Source: Diplonema japonicum
Lineage: Eukaryota; Protista; Euglenozoa: Diplonemea
Direction of reading: 5' to 3'
Assembly: GCA_964019335.1 (NCBI GenBank)
Contig: OZ025736.1
Coordinates: forward strand, 248,001-312,000
Length of the DNA stretch: 64,000 nt
The notes beneath the pieces were generated by a model. That model had not been told where the DNA came from. It worked only from the letters and a program-made list of their open reading frames with translations, and did not search any database. Below, piece by piece: positions 20,919-32,900 of this stretch. Position 1 is the first letter of the stretch. Every line of letters begins with the position of its first letter. Position numbers and translations under genes: made by a program.

Positions 20919-21836
20919 TCAAGGGCAAGCAAACCCTGTCGGCGAAGGTGCCGCAGACATGGGAGAGAGGATCTTAGTAGGGGTTCGGGACAGCCGTGTG
21001 AGGAGGACAGCGACGCGGCGGCTCTCATCCTCTTTAAGTCGGTCTTCAAGGATGTCACGTGCTGAGGTGAGGAACTCGCTTCGCTGTGTCCTTTTGATAT
21101 TAGAAAGCTCGAACTCCCGCCGCTCTCGTGTGTGTTCGATGAGCTCAGCTCGTTTGCAGCTGAGCGTTTTGATTTCGACGGACCTTTCTTGCATGCGTGA
21201 CTTGTTGAAAGAGCGGAGCGCGTTCTGCCGTTTCTCTTTCGCGAGCTTTTCGTCTGTCACGATGTTCTTCTTTACCTCCAGCAGGTCGTTCCGGGCTTGT
21301 TTCTGCTTAACGTCGGATTTCAAAATTAAGAACCTCGCCTGCATAGTGCCCTGCAGGGCGAGGATCTCAGACTCGTCAGCGGTCCTCTGCAGCGTGAGGC
21401 GGGACCTCATTTGTTCGATTTTGTTCCGCCGCTGTTCGGTCTGCTCGGCAACAACTCGCTCCCGTTTGCTTTTGTTGTACTGTTTTACAGTTCTGATGCC
21501 GGACAGCCGTTCTGAGTCTATCTCCTTTGCCATCGCGGTGAGCTTCTTGCTGTAGGCCTTCTCAGCTCTGTACCGCGACTCCAGTGATTGCTGTGCCTTT
21601 TCGCGTTTTTCTTCACGTATTTGCTTCCTCATCATGCGGTCGTCGCGTGGTGAGAAGACCTTTACAATACCTGTGTCACGCGCCCATTCCTTCTCCGCTT
21701 TTTTCTTCGCCAGCCATTTGTTTAAGCTGCTCACCTGCTGCTTTTTGTACATTCCATCCCAACTTAACCCGAGCTTCACCAGCCCGTTTGTCCCCACCCC
21801 AATCTCCCTCTCCGCATCTAGGGACATGATGTCCAT
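20919..21836 (-). CDS. Basic coiled-coil protein (3' end uncertain)
   Basis: 305-aa ATG ORF, K/R/E-rich heptads. A possible 29-nt intron near the stop makes the true end uncertain. Confidence 0.7.
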   Translation of the reverse strand: MDIMSLDAEREIGVGTNGLVKLGLSWDGMYKKQQVSSLNKWLAKKKAEKEWARDTGIVKVFSPRDDRMMRKQIREEKREKAQQSLESRYRAEKAYSKKLTAMAKEIDSERLSGIRTVKQYNKSKRERVVAEQTEQRRNKIEQMRSRLTLQRTADESEILALQGTMQARFLILKSDVKQKQARNDLLEVKKNIVTDEKLAKEKRQNALRSFNKSRMQERSVEIKTLSCKRAELIEHTRERREFELSNIKRTQRSEFLTSARDILEDRLKEDESRRVAVLLTRLSRTPTKILSPMSAAPSPTGFACP

Positions 21837-23265
21837 CTTCCCACCTTGTGGTGTCTGCTCCGAGAGGTAAAGGAAGGGGAAATAAGAAGGAAGAACATTA
21901 CAAGCAAAGGGTCATCTTCCTGGTGAAAGAAAAAGAGGGTAGAGGGCAGCAGATTTCTTTTTTTTTTTTTTTTTCTTCTGCTTAAATTGGTTATCTGATT
22001 TGAAGAAGAAAAAAAGAAAACAAGAGGGCAGGTGATTTTAAAGTTTCCGATTTGAGAATGGCCAGCGTCTTGCCAAGACGGTTCTGACGCAGTCTCTCGT
22101 CAAAGGTGGGTCTCCTCCTTTCCTTTCCCTGAGGTACTTCTTCCTTTCAACACCCCCCGCCTTTATGCCGCTGAGCGGCTCGGGAGGTGAAGGGAAAAAG
22201 AAAAACAAAAGAAAATATATGAGTTGAAGGAGGCCGGTGTTGGCGGCGCCCTGCAAAAAAAAAGGAAAAAAAAATCAACATATGTGCTCGTCTGGGATAT
22301 GCCTACATTCTTTTTACTTGGAATTTCAATCAGAAGAAAAAGAAAAGGGGGGCAGAGATATCTACCCCACAGAGCTAGAAGAAAGGCAGACACTATAGAT
22401 GATTAGGTACCGCCAGTGCGTGTTCAAAAAAAGAAATGTGGAAAGTGTGTTTCCGTTCCCACACAACTGGCGGTTGTTGCCCAGCAGCAGTTTGAGGTTG
22501 TAGCATAAAGCACGTGGTGTGCCTTCCACTCTGCGTGCCAGATCACCTTTTTTTTTTCTTTTTTTCTTTCTTTTTTTTTCTTCCCCAATAACTTCTACCA
22601 TTTCTTCCCCCCCCCGGACGAGCCTCATACTTTGTCTCAATCTTTTATTCCTTCGTAAAAAAGGGTATTGCTCCAGAGGCACAGTGCCCAAGACACTGTG
22701 ACCAAGAGGTGTTCGGAGGTGTTTTTTCTTTTTCGCAGCGAATAGCCTTTCGTCAGAAAGGAAGAGTGGCAGAGAAAACACGTTTTTCTTCTTCTTTTTT
22801 TTTGTTCATTCTTCTTTTCCCTCATCTGCTCTTCCAGTCATATGTTACAATGGTTTTCTTTTTCTTTTTCTTTTTAACTTCAGTCGGATATGAGTTCTCA
22901 AAAAGACTCTTATGGTTTCTTCTTTTTTTTAGCTCGAAAAATTAGTCCCCCCCCCCCCCACTCCCACGTTTTACATTTCTTTCTGTTAGTTTTTTTTTTC
23001 TTTTTTTTTTCTTTTTTTTTCCCTCTCTTTTTTCTTTTTCGGACAATCAACGATCCAAAGTTTTTTCGTTATGAGATAAATGAATTTCTTTCGCTTACGA
23101 TTACAAGAGTGGGGGGGGGGGGGGGGGGGGAGAGAGGCGTGGAGAGAGTAATAGAACAATGATAGGTCATGGCATTTTTTTTCTTTCTTTCCCCCCCCCC
23201 CCCTTTCCATGAAAAAAATTGAGATGAAAAAAAAAAACGAAATCGACCCCTCCCCCTCCCCCCGC

Positions 23266-24801
23266 CTAATCAAGTACCCTCTGCCGTTCCCCATCTGCTG
23301 CTATGTGCTTCGGAGGCTTTAGAAAAGTAGCAGCCCAGAAAAACAACGATGCAATGCCTAACAAAGGTGTGATAAGAGTAAGGGTTACCTGCCAATTTTC
23401 CAATGCGTCTTGTATCTCACCAGCGTAAAGAGGAGAAGGCACATCACCAAACACGTGTATAGCTAACGTTGAGAACCCCATGGCCTGTGCACGAAGGTCA
23501 GGCGGAGCCACCCACATGGTAGCAGCGCACACCGGCCCGTACAAGGTCGCCACGCAGAAGTACCCCAGCGAGAATAACACGAAGAACGCGATAAGGGAGG
23601 GATCGTCAGGGGGAACCCACAGCCCGGCAGTGCAAAGCCCACCCCCTACAGCCATTCCAACAGCACATATTTTGCAAGCCGAAACATATCCACCGCCAAT
23701 TCTATCCAGCAGGATACCACCAGCGAGGGTACCAAGGGTGCCGGAGATGACAACCATGATGCCGAATCCGAGATCGGCGTCTTCATAATTGAATATTGCA
23801 GCGCCTGCTTTGGGTCCCCAAAACACGATGACCCCCGACACTGCTGTCATGCATGTGTAAGCAATGAGAATGAGGATGTACACATTGTTGCCCAGCAGCT
23901 CTTTCACGTCCATCCACAGCGTGCGTCCCTTGACAGGGTGAGCGAGGACAACGCTCGACCTCGTCGACAGTGCAACCGAACCGCGGAGGGGGGTCGTCCC
24001 TAGGTTCCTTGACGCTCGCTTAACCACGGAGGCCTCCAGGGATTCTCCTCGCCTGGTGCCTAGTTCTTTTGTCGTTTCCAGGTCTTCGTCATCATCGTCT
24101 GCAGCGTTTTCCACATTTTCCCATTCGAATCTTTCAGGCCGGCGTAGTAAAAAAAGCAGCGCCAATGGAAAGTTCAGTGCTGCTTGTACCCTGAAGCACC
24201 ACCGCCAATCCGTGTTTTCAAAAAGCATGCCAAAGATAAACCCCCCTGCCGACCCGACAGATATGCAAACGTAGAACAATGCGAACCACAACGTCCTCGA
24301 CTCTGAAGGCGCAAATCGATCGATCATCGGCGGGGCAACTACAATGAAAGAAGGTTCTGCAACACCTAAAAGTGTGCGGTAGGCTAGGAGAGCAACGTAG
24401 TTAGGACATGTTGACTCTAGCCCGCTTGCAAGGAGGGCCAAGGAGAATATGAATTGTCCGGTTCCGATGATGACAAATGGATGGAATTTTCGAACAGCCT
24501 GCGCCGAGATGGGGCATGCTACGGTTAGACCGCCTGTGAAGAAACTGGCCAACATACCAGTTTCAAGATTGGTCAAGTTGAACTCGCCTTGGATGCCTGT
24601 GTACCCGCACAGGTCCCTGCAAGATTTACTTTCATCGTCAGGTTCATTGTAATCACTCCCTCTGCATTGTTCGTCAGGACACCTGCTGTCCACGTACTTG
24701 CCTGACACGCCATTCGACGCTATCGCCCCACGCTCGATGTAGTTTAGAAAATTGAGGCAGCAGAACCAAAACAGCAGAAATCTCGGGGAGAATATATCCA
24801 T
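23266..24801 (-). CDS. Spinster-like major facilitator superfamily transporter
   Basis: LNFLNYIERGAIASNGV, RTLLGVAEPSF, APPMIDRFAP, WRWCF and IHVFGDVPSP motifs; about 12 TM segments with a central loop. Confidence 0.92.
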   Translation of the reverse strand: MDIFSPRFLLFWFCCLNFLNYIERGAIASNGVSGKYVDSRCPDEQCRGSDYNEPDDESKSCRDLCGYTGIQGEFNLTNLETGMLASFFTGGLTVACPISAQAVRKFHPFVIIGTGQFIFSLALLASGLESTCPNYVALLAYRTLLGVAEPSFIVVAPPMIDRFAPSESRTLWFALFYVCISVGSAGGFIFGMLFENTDWRWCFRVQAALNFPLALLFLLRRPERFEWENVENAADDDDEDLETTKELGTRRGESLEASVVKRASRNLGTTPLRGSVALSTRSSVVLAHPVKGRTLWMDVKELLGNNVYILILIAYTCMTAVSGVIVFWGPKAGAAIFNYEDADLGFGIMVVISGTLGTLAGGILLDRIGGGYVSACKICAVGMAVGGGLCTAGLWVPPDDPSLIAFFVLFSLGYFCVATLYGPVCAATMWVAPPDLRAQAMGFSTLAIHVFGDVPSPLYAGEIQDALENWQVTLTLITPLLGIASLFFWAATFLKPPKHIAADGERQRVLD

Positions 24802-25124
24802 CTCCAACCACCTGCGTTACTTATCGATAGCTTAAGAGAATATAGGGGGGCTAGAAGTACAATGGAACAAGCTTAAAAGAGGGTAAAAAGAAAAAAAAGG
24901 AAATGAAGTTACTAAGACACAAAAGAGAGAGAGAAAAAAAATAATAATTTACATATGGGAATAGGGAGCTATAAGAGGAGATGAAAAGGGGGAGAAAAAA
25001 AAAAGAAGAAGAAAAACTTTGTACACAAAAAAAAAAAGGGAGAGGAGAAATGAGGGGGGATGCTACTACATTTCCTTTTTTCTTCTATCTTTCTTTTTTT
25101 CTCTTTTTTTTTTTTTGCGATTCT

Positions 25125-28100
25125 TTAAAAGCCTTCGTCACCTTCGAGGGGGCGGAGGTTTACCGGACGGAGGGGCGCGTTCTATTTATTTAATTTTTTT
25201 TTATTATTCTTCATTTTCTATTTTTTTTTTTCCCCACACCTGTATCTCAGGAAGGCTCACAAAGACGACACCGTCGGTCGACCTGACTCTTGATACCAAA
25301 CCTATCTGGTCGTTAAGCTCTGAGTGGATTTTGAGGCCTGTGACCACAACACGAGCACCGGGGCGTGGTTGCCAGAGGTTCGGCGACCCCGAAGTTGGCC
25401 GTTGGCAAGGCTCTAGAGCCTGAGCGCTGATCGGAGTAGCGGCCGATATGCCCTGTATCTTAACAAGCCCCAAGGCACCGCCTTCTCGCATCGCCACGAC
25501 AGTGCCTTCCATGCCGTTCAGGTGCCGCATCTTTTTTAGCCCCACGATGGTCACTGGTCCATAGCTCGTTGTAGGCGGCAGTGTGAACACCACCTTAAAG
25601 GTCTTCCTCTTCCCCACCGCTTCTTGTATCTGCTTTACGCTTGAGACCTTCCTCCCGCACACCCGCAGCACTCTCCACGATATGTATCTGTCCTCCTCGT
25701 CGCCATGCAGCGACCTTACGCACTGCACCCACTTCCCCATGCTGCACGACCTGTTCTCACAGCAATCCACCACCTTTTGGAACCCCGTCCCCTTCAGTTT
25801 GGTGATCTCTTCTATGATTGTGTAATCTGGCGAAGTCAGCCACGATCGTTTCCCCTCCCAGCTCAGGTTCCTCAATCCTATCGGCGTGCCTTTGAAGTCC
25901 ACGAAGTCGACCAGGACGACCCCCTCTCGTCTGTACCCCACCACCACGCCGTGCTTCCCGTTCAGGATGTGCCGTACGCGCATCTTGCTGACGATCACCT
26001 TCTCAGCAATCTTTGGGATGCAAAGCAGCTCGCGAAGGGACTCCTCGATACTGGAGGTCATGAGGTCGGAGAGTGCGGAGGGGTCGAGGCCTACAGTGGG
26101 GTTGATGCGGCGCGAGCGGCACATCGCTTCGAAGTCGTCCTCCGAGATCGACACGGAGCCGAGCTCGCACAGCATGGCGTTCCATTCCTCGAGTGTGAGG
26201 CATCCGCTGCCGGACTTGTCGAATCTGCTAACGACCTCCTCTGCCACAGACCGTGAGGACACTTCGTCCTCGATGTCCTCCTGCGGTTCTTCCTCCAGGT
26301 AGAAGTCTGCGTTTTCCGTACCTGGCTTAATGGACAGCTCCTTCGGTTTCATGTCTATGGGCGTCGACAGCGGCGACCAGGGCAACGCGCCCTTCACCTC
26401 CTCAGATTCAAGAACCACTTCTATCAAACTCAGCCGCCGTGCCATCGGATCCTCAGGGCTCCTGCACCGCCTCACGATGCTGAACAGAATGCTCTCACTG
26501 TCGATAATTCCTGAGATCTGCAACCTTAGCACTGTGTGCGTGCCTTCTCTGAAGATGGAAAGTATGAGGATGTTGTCCGGGGTAAGCTGCTGGTTGTGCT
26601 GTATGACCGTCTGGATGAAGTCCTTCTGGTCGAACTCGGGAAAGGGCACAGAAACAACGATGCGAATGACGGACGATGACGTGGAGGTAGTGGAGTTGAT
26701 CAGCTTAGCAAGGAGCTTCCTGTCGCCCTTCCCTTCTTGCTGTAGGCGTTTAAGGTGCGGCAGGATTTGGTGAGAAACGCTTGCGACAATGTCGACAAGG
26801 TCGCTGCGGAGCATCATCTGCGCGCAGCTTTCGTTGAACGAGGAGAGGGTAAGGTCAGCACCCGATGACAGGAGCAGCGTGACGCATTCCCTGACATCGA
26901 TACCATGCTCAGCGGTGCGGAGGAGGACGTGGAGGGGGGTTGCGCCATCCTTGTCAGTCTTGTTGACCGCTACCCTGCGTTGCTGGGGTGCCAGCACGCC
27001 AAGCAGAACGGAGAGCAGTGACGGGGAGGTCCGTGATGCTGCATGATGCATGGCCGACCAGCCATTCAAGTCGTAGTCGCTGTCTATCTCGGCTGATATA
27101 CCGATTATCTGCTTCGTCATCTCCAGTCTGTTGCACTTCACAGCCGTGATGAGCGGTGTCGACCCGTCTGGCAGTACACTGTTGATCGTTTCTTCGCCTT
27201 TCTCCAGCAGGTACTCCAAGCCCTTCATGTTCCCCATTGTGATCAAGGTATGCATCACTTCCTTGCTGCTCTCGCACTGACTCCGCAAAACATCCACCAG
27301 CCGCTTGGGTCCACACACCATGCTCGTCTCGTTCTTGTACATTGTTGACAGTTTTAACCTTTCTGTGCTCTGCTCTAGCTCCAGCTCCCCTCGTACTTTC
27401 ACCTCTTTTTCTTTCAGAGCGAATGCTTTCTGTCTCCCTCGCACACCAAGTGCGGGGTGCTTCTTGTGTTTCCCTTTGTTCTTCCTCCCGTTCTTCAGCA
27501 GCAAGGGCGACCTCCCTTTAGCCTCCCTGACCGGGGAGTGGCCAGCTTCATCTGATAAGAGCAGCTGTGCTAGGGAAGGGCCTCCGTTTTGCTGCGGAGA
27601 TGTTTTGTAGAAGCTGTTCGGCGTCTCGTTGTAGTGCGCGTGTTGCGTGGCGAAGTCTTTCGTGGCATACGGCTCGTCGTTATCTGAGGAGAACGACACA
27701 AGCTCCATGTCGCCGTCCTGCTGGTGTTTTAAATGAGAACGTGTTGCATACCTCACTGTTCGAGTAGTACTCCCACGCAGGATCACTCCCCTTCACGTTA
27801 CTGTGGAACAACGATCCTACTGACAGGAAGTCCTCACCAGGGGAGCGTCTATCCGGAGACGACCTGTCTGGGGAGATCCTTTCTGGCAAGGCTCTATCAG
27901 GGGATAAATACGAAGAATCATAGCGAAGGGGTTGCGGAGTGGCTGGGGGGAGGGGACTGACCCTTGGGGCTTCGCGGTTAGAGGATCCGCACCGTCCGCA
28001 AGGAGGTGTAACGGATCCGAAAGCAGCGGGAGGAGAAGATTGATATGTTGTGTATGGAAGAGGAGGAGAAACTGAATGGGTTGGGGTCGGGATAGGAGGC

Positions 28101-29086
28101 GGCACAAGAACAGGTGCGAAGGATTGTGTTTTGGCCTTTACGCAGGAAGGAGATATTGGATCTGTTCCAGTGTCGCGTGTAGCAGTGGTGCTGGCACTGA
28201 TGGGGGTAATCGGAGAGGTGGTGGATGGATTAGGATCGTCATCGCAGTTGTCAAGACCAACCCCTGTAGGCACGGAGAGGAGAGAGGGTGTGGAAACAGC
28301 TGCCATGGAGGACTGCGTCGCAGGGGAGTCCTCCTTGACGTCGAGTTTGAAGTTGTTTCGCTGAGGCGAGAAGTTCGAGGGGCAGATGGAAGGTGTTACA
28401 GACACAACTGGGAGGGTATCCCGCCACTCCTCACCCTCCTCTGGGATCATCCACTTTGTTTTCGTGGTGTTGGGTGTCACAACCTGCATGCCATTCCCTT
28501 GTGGTGGTGCCACAGGTGTGCTGTTCCACCCAAGCACAGGCGATATCGTTGATGAAGTCTTAGAGTTCTCTGTTAAGGTAGGTGTTAAGGGGTCCGACTC
28601 GGACTCTGCAGGCTCTGATTCATATACAGGCTCGGGCTCCTCTACACGTTCCTGAGGAAGCACTTTCTGACTGTACTTTGGAGACCGTGCCACGCCTCTA
28701 GCAACAGACGCTTCATACGAGATGGCTGGTATGGATGGCATGGAAGGTGTTCTGGGTTGTGAAGGGGACCTTGCTGGTGAGGGGGACCTTGCTGATGAGT
28801 ATATGCCACTTTGTATCGCACACCACTCTAGCATGGATGTCGGTTCGCCGTGATGTCCGCTTGTCAAGTACTGGTGCACCACCCGTCTGGGGCTTTCAGC
28901 GTCTTCTGTCCCAGGTGACATATCGGGGTAAACCCAGTCCTCCTTCCGCTTAATTCCGCCTTTCTTCCCTACCACCCTTTTCCCTTTTTCTCCTCCTTTC
29001 CCTCCCTTATTTACTCTGCTCATCAAACTCGGCCGTCTTCGAGCAAGGATGGACGGCGGGGTGGCCCGTCTGGGGGGTGCGAACAT
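25125..29086 (-). CDS. Large protein: Ser/Pro-rich disordered N-terminus, ankyrin repeats, EF-hand, repeated SH3-like beta modules; introns 27721-27751 and 25182-25239
   Basis: ORFs 27680..29086 and 25204..27786 join in frame through GTATGC...CACCAG (SE|QDGDME). Ankyrin motifs GSTPLITAV, GWSAMHHAA, GATPLHVLL; EF-hand DKSGSGCLTLEE. The last intron gives ...PEIQ|NAPLRPVNLRPLEGDEGF*. Confidence 0.82.
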
Positions 29087-29411
29087 CTCGCCCCCTCTCC
29101 TCTTCTGCCTCCTCCCCTGAAAAGAAATGCTTGCGAGATTTAAGGATAAGGAAAGAAAAATCCGAAGAAGAGAAAAAAAATAGATTAGCGTGCTTGAACA
29201 CGCTGGTTAATTACTCTTCCTTTTTTTTTTTTTTTCTCTTTTTTACGTGGGTTACACGGTGCAGCAGCACCGATTGTGTCGCGAGGGGGGAAAAACGCGA
29301 GGAAAAAGAAAGAAGAGGAAGAAAATCACATCCTCCTTACGATGTGCCTGATACACGTCAAAGGAAGAAAAAAAAAAAAAAAGAAGTGCGCAGACTTTTT
29401 TTTTCCCCTCC

Positions 29412-29503
29412 TCACTTTGCCAATCTCGCGGCGGACCTCTCCCTAAGCTTGCGGACCTGCTCTCCGTCGAAACCTTCCGTGATAAGGCATTTGTAGAATT
29501 CCT

Positions 29504-29536
<33 letters not shown>

Positions 29537-29713
29537 CGAATTAAAGTTTCCGCATACATCGATCACCCCCTGACAGTTCTCTTCGCCATTCCTAATGATA
29601 CAATCGTCACGCCTGCTCCTCACTTCGGGACACGCACAGCAAATCTTGCAGTTTGGTGTCTTCTTCACCACCTCCTCTTCCTTCTTCGCGCTGAACCAAT
29701 CAGTCAGACCCAT
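29412..29713 (-). CDS. COX17: Cytochrome c oxidase copper chaperone COX17; intron 29502-29557
   Basis: CKICCACPEVRSRRDDCIIRNGEENC. The spliced exon 2 (EFYKCLITEGF) completes the twin CX9C motif. Confidence 0.93.
29502..29557 (-). other. Poly(A)-filled GT-AG mini-intron (56 nt, phase 0)
   Basis: GTATGCGGAAACTTTAATTCG-A32-CAG; required to restore the COX17 reading frame. Confidence 0.92.
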
Positions 29714-29934
29714 TTTTTTTTCTCTTTCGTTCTTCTGTGTGTCTTGTAAACAAGAATGAAACGAGGGAATACACATTAGAAGAATAAGGAGAAGGGGGGG
29801 GGGGGGATATATGTACTACGGAAGAGAAATGGTTAAAAAAAAAGAAATACGCCAATCTCTTTTTATGCCAGTGTAAACAGACGGGAGATTAGATTAAAAA
29901 GAAAATGGGGAAGGGGGGGGGGGGGACATTTCTT

Positions 29935-32900
29935 TTAGTAAGGCAACGAACAGAACATAGCGGTCCCCCTCTTGACCCAGTGCTGTGACCGGTGGCTGTT
30001 GTCGATAGGTATGTACCACGGCATGACGTAGTTGGTGGAGTGTCCAGTAGTCATCAAGATCCCACGCCTATCTGTGGTTCGGTATACAGGGCACATGTAG
30101 GTTGCCTCAGGGTTCGACAGCCACGGTGCCTCTGTGCCAAAGCACGGTTTGAGGAACATGGCAGGGAAAGGCTGGAAGTCCTCCTTCGGCTTTGACTCCA
30201 CGACTACCTTCCGTTCGTTGTCAAAACCGGCTCCCTGTTGTATATAAAAAATACCTTTACCATTCAACATACCTGTAGGTAAAGCCCATATACCACAGTG
30301 CCGCTGTCTGGTGGGTCGTTAGCTTCTTCAGGTTTTATGTGCGGGACTACCTCGAAATCCCAGTCCAGTTTGTCGATTTCCAATCCCTGTTTCCTTGCAT
30401 GGTTCTGCATCACACCGGTCAGGAATGCCTGTGGGAAGAAGAACCCAGGCAGCCAGAACGTAGCCGGAACGCCATCATCGAACCACTTCTGCAGGAAGCC
30501 CAACCTCTTAATGAGGTCGTCAACGTACCCACCCAGCCCTTTCAGAGACGGGTAAGACTTCTTCATCCATAGAGGTGGGATCTTGTTGTCCTGTATGGCG
30601 TTGAAGACGCCCTCCAGCTCACCGCTCATGACAACCTCTCCCTTTATGGCTTTCTTGAGCACCCCGAGCGTGCTGTGCAGAACAAACACCAGTCTGTTAA
30701 ACCTGTAAGTTTTGTTGTAAAAAAATAATAATCTATATACCTCACGCACTCTTGGAACAGCACTGTGTTCATGGACTGGTTGTAATCGGTGGGGTACTTC
30801 TGGACAAGCTTCTCAAGGTCGAACTCCAACGGGACACGCTCCTTGATGTCTGCAACCTGCGCGAAGACAACGGTCTTGGGGTCGGTGCTTGAATCCCCGG
30901 AAGCCTCTCTAGGGAGCGTCAGCAGCACTGCATTCAAGAGCTTAGACGTTTCGAAGCTTTCACGAGTGATATCCGCGTTATCATGAAGCCCGAAGACCTC
31001 CGGAAGCTGCATCTGTGGGAGCTCCTTGATGTACTCGATGTACGTCTCATAAGGCCCGTCTTCAGGAGCAAAGTATACTCCAGATGGGGAGAATTTGTAC
31101 TTCTGTGTCGTGTAGATCTCCTCACAGAAAAAGTCCTCGAGGATGTTCTTTAAGCACCGCCTGTCCCTGTCGTCTGTCACCCTCCCTCCGTAGTTGCACT
31201 CTGCAGCCAGGTAGTTAAGTGCCTCGACGGGGACCTCCGCTGACTCGTTGATGAACATTTGAAGCTGTCTGATGGAGATTCTGAGATCGGTGTCGTTGAA
31301 CTCGTAGGGAATGTTCCACCCCAAAGGTCCGAAGGCACGTCTCTCCTGGATCAGAGAGTGGAAGAAGCACAGCCCGAACAGCAGCTTCTTCCATTCCGCG
31401 GGCTTCGTGCACCCTCCGAAGAACTTCGGGTTGTTGATAGGATCGGACGTGTATGACTTCAACAGGTTTGATCTCATCCCCTTCGGTGGCTCTAGAACCA
31501 TCTTCACACCGTTCTGAAGCACAGCGGGCGGGAAGCCATCGCTTGGCATCGATGTGAGCCACAACCTAAACCCAGGGTTCAGGATCTTAGGGTCTTCCCT
31601 CACATTTTCGTCGCTGTACTGCTCGATGAGCCGCTGCATCTCTGGCATCCAGTCGGAGTACAAGTGACAGTTCTGCAGCAACACCCAGCTTCCGTCCGCC
31701 TTCGCCTTATAGATTGCTTCCTTCGCGTTTTTATCCTGACCCTGCCCGAGGGACAGCTTCTTGAAGGTCCCCATCTTGCCCTCCTTGTCGGCTAGCATGT
31801 TCAGGTCGGAATTGGGGTCGGCACCAGGCGACAGGACGAAGATCATGGGCGTCCATGGGTCAGGAGACTCTCTAAAGATTTCTTCTAAGTTGAAGATCGG
31901 CGGGTCCGTAAAGTTTGCGCCGAGCTTTGGTTCATTCTTGACGTACTGTGTGATGGCAGGGACGATCTTGTCGTTACGGATGGCACGGAGGAGCAGCAGC
32001 TTGTGCAGGTCGTTGATGCCTCTGTACTCTTCGGGTAAGGTCACCTTGCTCTCCTGCTGGTCAGGTATCAGGATCTCATGCGGGGCGGTTGAGTTGTATA
32101 TTGCCTTCCACAACGCTACCTTCTCGGGGTCCTTGAATGTGGATATCAGTGACTTGAAAGGTGCACCCACCTGCTGCTGAATCTTCCACAGCATCTTCCA
32201 AATCTCCATTGAAATCCATTCGGGGCATTCAGGTATACCGTTAAAGTCATCGATACCACCTGTGATCAACATACGGAGGTCGCACTGGTCCGCCTCGCTC
32301 AGACGCACAGACATCGTGAAGCTGAGTAGTAACCTGTCCTTCGCGAAGAGGGATCTGCAGATGTTGCGGTACAAGGAATACGTGAAGTGCTCGTTGATAC
32401 GTGCAGCTCGTGACATGCCCTCGCCTGGTGTCTCAGACGGCTCTGTTTCCTTTGAACCCACTAGCGACTTGTGGAACAGGTCTAAGTAGAACTGCAATGA
32501 GTACTGGTACATGGGATCGATGTTCGACAGCTGATCGATGCAGAAGAACAGCGCAGATGACGGTATAGCCACTGGTATGAAGGTCTGCTGCACTTTCTCG
32601 AAACGCTGCTCGACAAGCTGGATGTCCGCCATCTTGTTCTTGATGTCTTCAGAGGTCTTTTGCGAGTAGTCCAGCGTGATGATGATGTCCTCCGACGCCA
32701 ACAGCTCATCAGGTGTAGCCGCTGACGTCAGCTTGTGCAAGATGTCGTCTTCAATCTCCTTCAGTGTCTGCTTGCACCTTGCAGACTGCTCAACAGCTTT
32801 CTTCTTTTTGTCATCCAGTTCTTTCTCCTCGAAGCTGACAACCTTTGATAGCAGTTGGTCAGTCAAACCCGCCGGTGTGATCATAAAAGCGACGACACTC

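Noticed and set aside
20816-20950. Fusion of the coiled-coil ORF and the PARP-like/RCC1 ORF by splicing
   Set aside because: The GT-AG combinations I tried did not join the frames, so they are treated as two genes pending cDNA.
27680-27786. Apparent overlapping ORFs or programmed frameshifts (also at 30644-30749 and 48499-48515)
   Set aside because: Each is explained by a short canonical GT-AG intron that restores the frame.
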